IMG/VR virus record: IMGVR_UViG_3300025141_000040
Span: 1-64,000 of that record
Origin: a virus
Length of the DNA stretch: 64,000 nt
Reading direction: 5' to 3' (one strand)
This document shows positions 60,773 to 64,000 of this stretch, one piece after another (position 1 is the first letter of the stretch; each line of letters begins with the position of its first letter). The notes beneath the pieces were generated by a model. The model ran no database searches and was not told where the DNA came from. It was given only the letters and a program-made list of their open reading frames with translations. The translations under genes and the position numbers were made by a program.

Positions 60773-63700
60773 GCACCACCCCCGCGACAACAGCGTCCTT
60801 CCGAGATCCCTGGCTCGCCCAGGAGGCAAAGAAGGTGGTGGACAGCTACCTCGCGGACGTTTCGACCGCGCCCCCGCAGTTTTCCGCGCTCCCCCTGGCG
60901 CAGCGGGACCAGTACATCGCGGACTTCCGGGCCGCGCTCTTGGCCGACAAGGGGTTGAACGCCTACTGCAAGGACCAGCGAATCCGGCGCTTCGATCAGT
61001 TGCAGGCCGCGCTGCGCCCCTACCAGCCGTTCCTGCCCCACGTCCAGCCTCCGGCGCTTCAGGCGCTCCTGGGGGGCCTCCTCAACGCCACCGCCGCCAC
61101 GTTGACCCACGCGGATCTGGTGACCGGGATCATGCGGCTTCGCGCGGGCGAGAAGTACCTGCGTCGGGCGAAGTCCGCCGCGTCCCAGGCCGAGCGGGTG
61201 GAAGCCCAGGAGCAGGGGAAGGCTGCGAAGCAGACCACCACCCTGCTTCAGCGGCTTCAGCAGGCAGAACGCAACTTCGACAAGTACGGCTACGCGCGGG
61301 CTATCGGGCGGCGCATCGCCGCGTACCTCCGAGCGATCCGCACGAACACCCCCGAGTCGATCACGCGCGCCCGTTACCTCTGGAACGAGTTGCAGGGTTC
61401 GTTGTACGGCTGGCAGGCCGCGAACGGTTCCAAGGAGATCCACAGCCTGCGGAAGCGCGTGGTGCCGGGGAAGGACAAGGCGTTGCACCTGTTCTTGTCT
61501 CAGGGCTACGAGCCGACCACCGGGTCGGGCGGCATCTACCCTCCGGCGCAGACGTGGACCGAAGCGCCCGCAGTCCTGCGAACGTGGAACACCAACTGGC
61601 AGGGCGGCGTCCTGGCAGCGGCCATGTGGCTGTACGAAGCCAACAACCGCGCGCTGTCCCTGGCCGACTTCCTGGCGATCATGGGGGCGGGCGGCTACGC
61701 CGACGACGACACCCTGACGGCGCTGTTCGGACAGTCGGACATTCCGGCGACGTGGTGCGTGACCGGGGACAACCTCGACACGCTGACGCCCGCTGCGACC
61801 TTCACGAAGTCCGGCAACCTGTTCCGGCACCACGCCTCCCTGACCAAGCACTACGGGGCCTACGACCGCAAGGTGGCGAGCACGCTCGCTGCGCGCGACG
61901 AGGCGGCGACCCCCGCCGAGGCGGCGGCGCTGGAAGCGACCATCGATCCCGCCCACCTGCGCGTGCGGAAGATCGCGGCGGCGACACAGCAGCTTTCCGC
62001 GATGAAGTCGTTGCTGAAGAACGTCGGCACCGAATGGAGCGATCTCGCGGCTGAGTTGACTCCGCGTGACCCGTGGGTGCCCCTCGCGGTGCTCTCGGCC
62101 TATGTCTCCAACCGCTGCCAGTTTCCCTGGCCGGTGTGGAACCGGCTCTACCGTCACCCCGACTCGACCGTCCACGGAGCCTTCTCCGGCCACCGCCAGG
62201 GTCGGAGTCGGTCCCCCGATGTGTCCCTTGGCGGTGAGTCCCCCGGAGATACGCCCTGGTTCTACCCGGCGCACTTGGCCCCGCCGTCGCGGTATGACTA
62301 CAGCAACCGGGAGCCGGGACGCTTCGACCCGGAACAATTCGTCACCAGCTACCCGGATCAGTCGCGGCTCGACTACCCGCTCGGAGCCTACGATCCCACG
62401 GAGCGCCGCATCGAGGGCGGTCAGGTCTGGTCGGATCGGGTGCAGTACAAGTACGGCCAGGGCAACAACGACTACCGGGGCGGCGCTCAGTGGACGCGCC
62501 TGACCGACCTCACGCAGGTTCGGGGCTTCACACCCTGGCGGCTGGAAGTCGTGCGGCTGTCCGACGAGTCGGGGAACCTGAGTGGGATCTTCGCCTACCG
62601 GACCTTCGACTGGTACAACCACGAAGTCGAGCCCGGTGAGGACTACGCGGCGATCCGCGACCTCTACAAGCTCCCCACCGAGACAGAGGCCCGGTTCAAG
62701 GACCGACTGATCGCGCACAACGGCCCCTGCAATCTGACCGCCGACGAGGAGGGGGCCTGGGCCACCAGGGACGAACGGTTCCGGTGCGAGGGTGACTACC
62801 AGAACCCGATCCACACGCTGCTCGCGGGTGACAGCATCGAAGGCGCGATGATCCGCGTGCCCCGGATCATCCCGAACGACCTGTTCCGGCGCGCGGGCGG
62901 CGGACGCGGCAAGGTGGACAAGAAGGGCAAGCTGAAGCTGCCGTCCTTCGGCTACAAGACCCCGATCCAGACGGCCCCCGCCGTTGAAATCGGTGTCTCC
63001 CCGATCTCGATGCTGTTCCTGGCCTACATCAACAACGACTACAGCACCGTCCCTCGGGGAATCACCCGGCCGTTCTTCAACCGGAAGGTGCTCTACCGGC
63101 TTATGACGGGACGCTCGGCCGGTGAGCCGTCCCTCCCAAGCGCGCCGCGAACCGTCCCGATCATGGCGGCGCACTACGCCGCCGTAGATGCCGTGCGTGC
63201 GCGGATCATCGGGGCGCTGTACGACGAGCCCTGGCGGAACGCCGATGGGTACTTCAGCAACATGGAGCCCCCGGCCAACGCGATTGAAGCCGCCGAGGCG
63301 GCGACAAAGGAGTACACGGGCACGGAGGTCGAGGTCGAAGTCAAGACCATCGATCCCGTGACCGGCGCGGTAACGACCACGATGGAACAGACCACCGTGC
63401 AGCGGAACCCCGGTTTGATCCCGCGCAATTCCACCGCTGCGGACGAGTTTTTCGGCCACGGCAACTACCGCTTCAGCCTCGGCCTCCTGACCCGCATCTG
63501 CGCCTCCAAGGGTGACGTGGTGCTGGAACGTGACCCGGAGGACAACAGCATCATCAGCCAGCAGATCGGCACGCGGCTGTGGAAGGCCGAGATCGATGTG
63601 GGGGTTCCCGACCCCCTCACGGGCGGTGTCGGCGGTCAGGTGGTGCGAGTCGCCAGGGAGTTGAAGGGTCGGCTGAAGCAGCGGAGGATCGAGGAGTTTT

Positions 63701-64000
63701 CGTCCCTGTTCGTGAAGGACTTTCTGGCCTACCTCGCCAAGCCCACGGCCACGGACACGCCGGACAAGCGGGCGACCTTCCGCGCGGCCGTCGAGGACAA
63801 CTACAACGCGGTCTGGTCGGGGTACTTCGACGCCTCGCAGTACCACCCGGATCTCTACGATCCCTGGAAGCAGCTTCCCGATCCCGAGCGTGTGGACCGT
63901 GAGGGCGACCCCATGCCGCCCGCCCTGTCCGACCACGTTGTTCGGTGGGGCCGGGACGCGGTTGAAGGAGAGGCCGAGCCCCCGGCCGTCCTCTCGGCAC
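60769..64000 (+). CDS. Very large ORFan (more than 1077 aa), 3' end beyond the window
   Basis: ATGA coupling at 60769-60772. I read all 54 sequence lines in frame 1 and found no stop. GC3 is 18/20 in the sampled line at 63001. Missing from the ORF track because it lacks a stop. Minus-strand ORF 60763..63936 is its antisense shadow. Confidence 0.85.
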   Translation, partial: MSTTPATTASFRDPWLAQEAKKVVDSYLADVSTAPPQFSALPLAQRDQYIADFRAALLADKGLNAYCKDQRIRRFDQLQAALRPYQPFLPHVQPPALQALLGGLLNATAATLTHADLVTGIMRLRAGEKYLRRAKSAASQAERVEAQEQGKAAKQTTTLLQRLQQAERNFDKYGYARAIGRRIAAYLRAIRTNTPESITRARYLWNELQGSLYGWQAANGSKEIHSLRKRVVPGKDKALHLFLSQGYEPTTGSGGIYPPAQTWTEAPAVLRTWNTNWQGGVLAAAMWLYEANNRALSLADFLAIMGAGGYADDDTLTALFGQSDIPATWCVTGDNLDTLTPAATFTKSGNLFRHHASLTKHYGAYDRKVASTLAARDEAATPAEAAALEATIDPAHLRVRKIAAATQQLSAMKSLLKNVGTEWSDLAAELTPRDPWVPLAVLSAYVSNRCQFPWPVWNRLYRHPDSTVHGAFSGHRQGRSRSPDVSLGGESPGDTPWFYPAHLAPPSRYDYSNREPGRFDPEQFVTSYPDQSRLDYPLGAYDPTERRIEGGQVWSDRVQYKYGQGNNDYRGGAQWTRLTDLTQVRGFTPWRLEVVRLSDESGNLSGIFAYRTFDWYNHEVEPGEDYAAIRDLYKLPTETEARFKDRLIAHNGPCNLTADEEGAWATRDERFRCEGDYQNPIHTLLAGDSIEGAMIRVPRIIPNDLFRRAGGGRGKVDKKGKLKLPSFGYKTPIQTAPAVEIGVSPISMLFLAYINNDYSTVPRGITRPFFNRKVLYRLMTGRSAGEPSLPSAPRTVPIMAAHYAAVDAVRARIIGALYDEPWRNADGYFSNMEPPANAIEAAEAATKEYTGTEVEVEVKTIDPVTGAVTTTMEQTTVQRNPGLIPRNSTAADEFFGHGNYRFSLGLLTRICASKGDVVLERDPEDNSIISQQIGTRLWKAEIDVGVPDPLTGGVGGQVVRVARELKGRLKQRRIEEFSSLFVKDFLAYLAKPTATDTPDKRATFRAAVEDNYNAVWSGYFDASQYHPDLYDPWKQLPDPERVDREGDPMPPALSDHVVRWGRDAVEGEAEPPAVLSA

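Noticed and set aside
60763-63936. Minus-strand ORF of 1057 aa, and plus-strand ORF 60714..62054.
   Set aside because: Plus frame 1 (60769 onward) is open to the window end and has GC3 of 18/20 where I sampled it. It is also ATGA-coupled to the upstream gene. The listed ORFs are off-frame shadows.

Overview
This window is about 64 kb of high-GC DNA, roughly two-thirds G+C by eye, with GC3 near 90% in every real gene I sampled by hand. It looks like a large phage, prophage or virus-like mobile genome of a bacterium. Genes are tightly packed in 12 modules that alternate strand. Stop/start coupling (ATGA, GTGA, TGATG) is pervasive. Ribosome sites are AAGGAGG-type, and promoters fit TTGACx-N16-18-TAGAxT.

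I call 64 protein-coding genes. Two run off the window edges and two are shorter than 60 aa, so those four are absent from the supplied ORF track.

Functions recognisable from motifs:
- a MoxR-type AAA+ ATPase, HExxH metallopeptidase and VWA operon (2983-8381, minus strand)
- a NifS/IscS-type cysteine desulfurase (9971-11065), translationally coupled to a 2064-aa ORFan
- a Nudix hydrolase
- a papain-like peptidase candidate
- a Cas4/RecB-like PD-(D/E)xK nuclease with a 4-Cys cluster
- a degenerate DEDD-exonuclease-like protein
- a Dam-type N6-adenine methyltransferase
- a class II (B12) ribonucleotide reductase
- an SNF2 helicase
- a DUF3987-like replicative ATPase
- a truncated tyrosine-recombinase-like gene beside a 380-bp, 49% GC island
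- a membrane-anchored M15 peptidoglycan peptidase
- a holin-like plus lipoprotein cassette

The right-hand 23 kb (41.1-64 kb, all plus strand) is a presumptive late/virion block made almost entirely of ORFans. It has two unusual traits. Many proteins carry single membrane anchors. Many also carry blocks of Asp/Phe/Gly/Tyr acidity next to poly-Arg/Lys tracts, including a tandem pair of paralogues.

I could not recognise a terminase, portal, HK97-type capsid or tail genes, nor any tRNA, rRNA or CRISPR array. Most very long ORFs in the track that lie opposite these genes are antisense shadows typical of GC-rich DNA. No database search or structure prediction was possible. All family calls rest on motifs read by eye.
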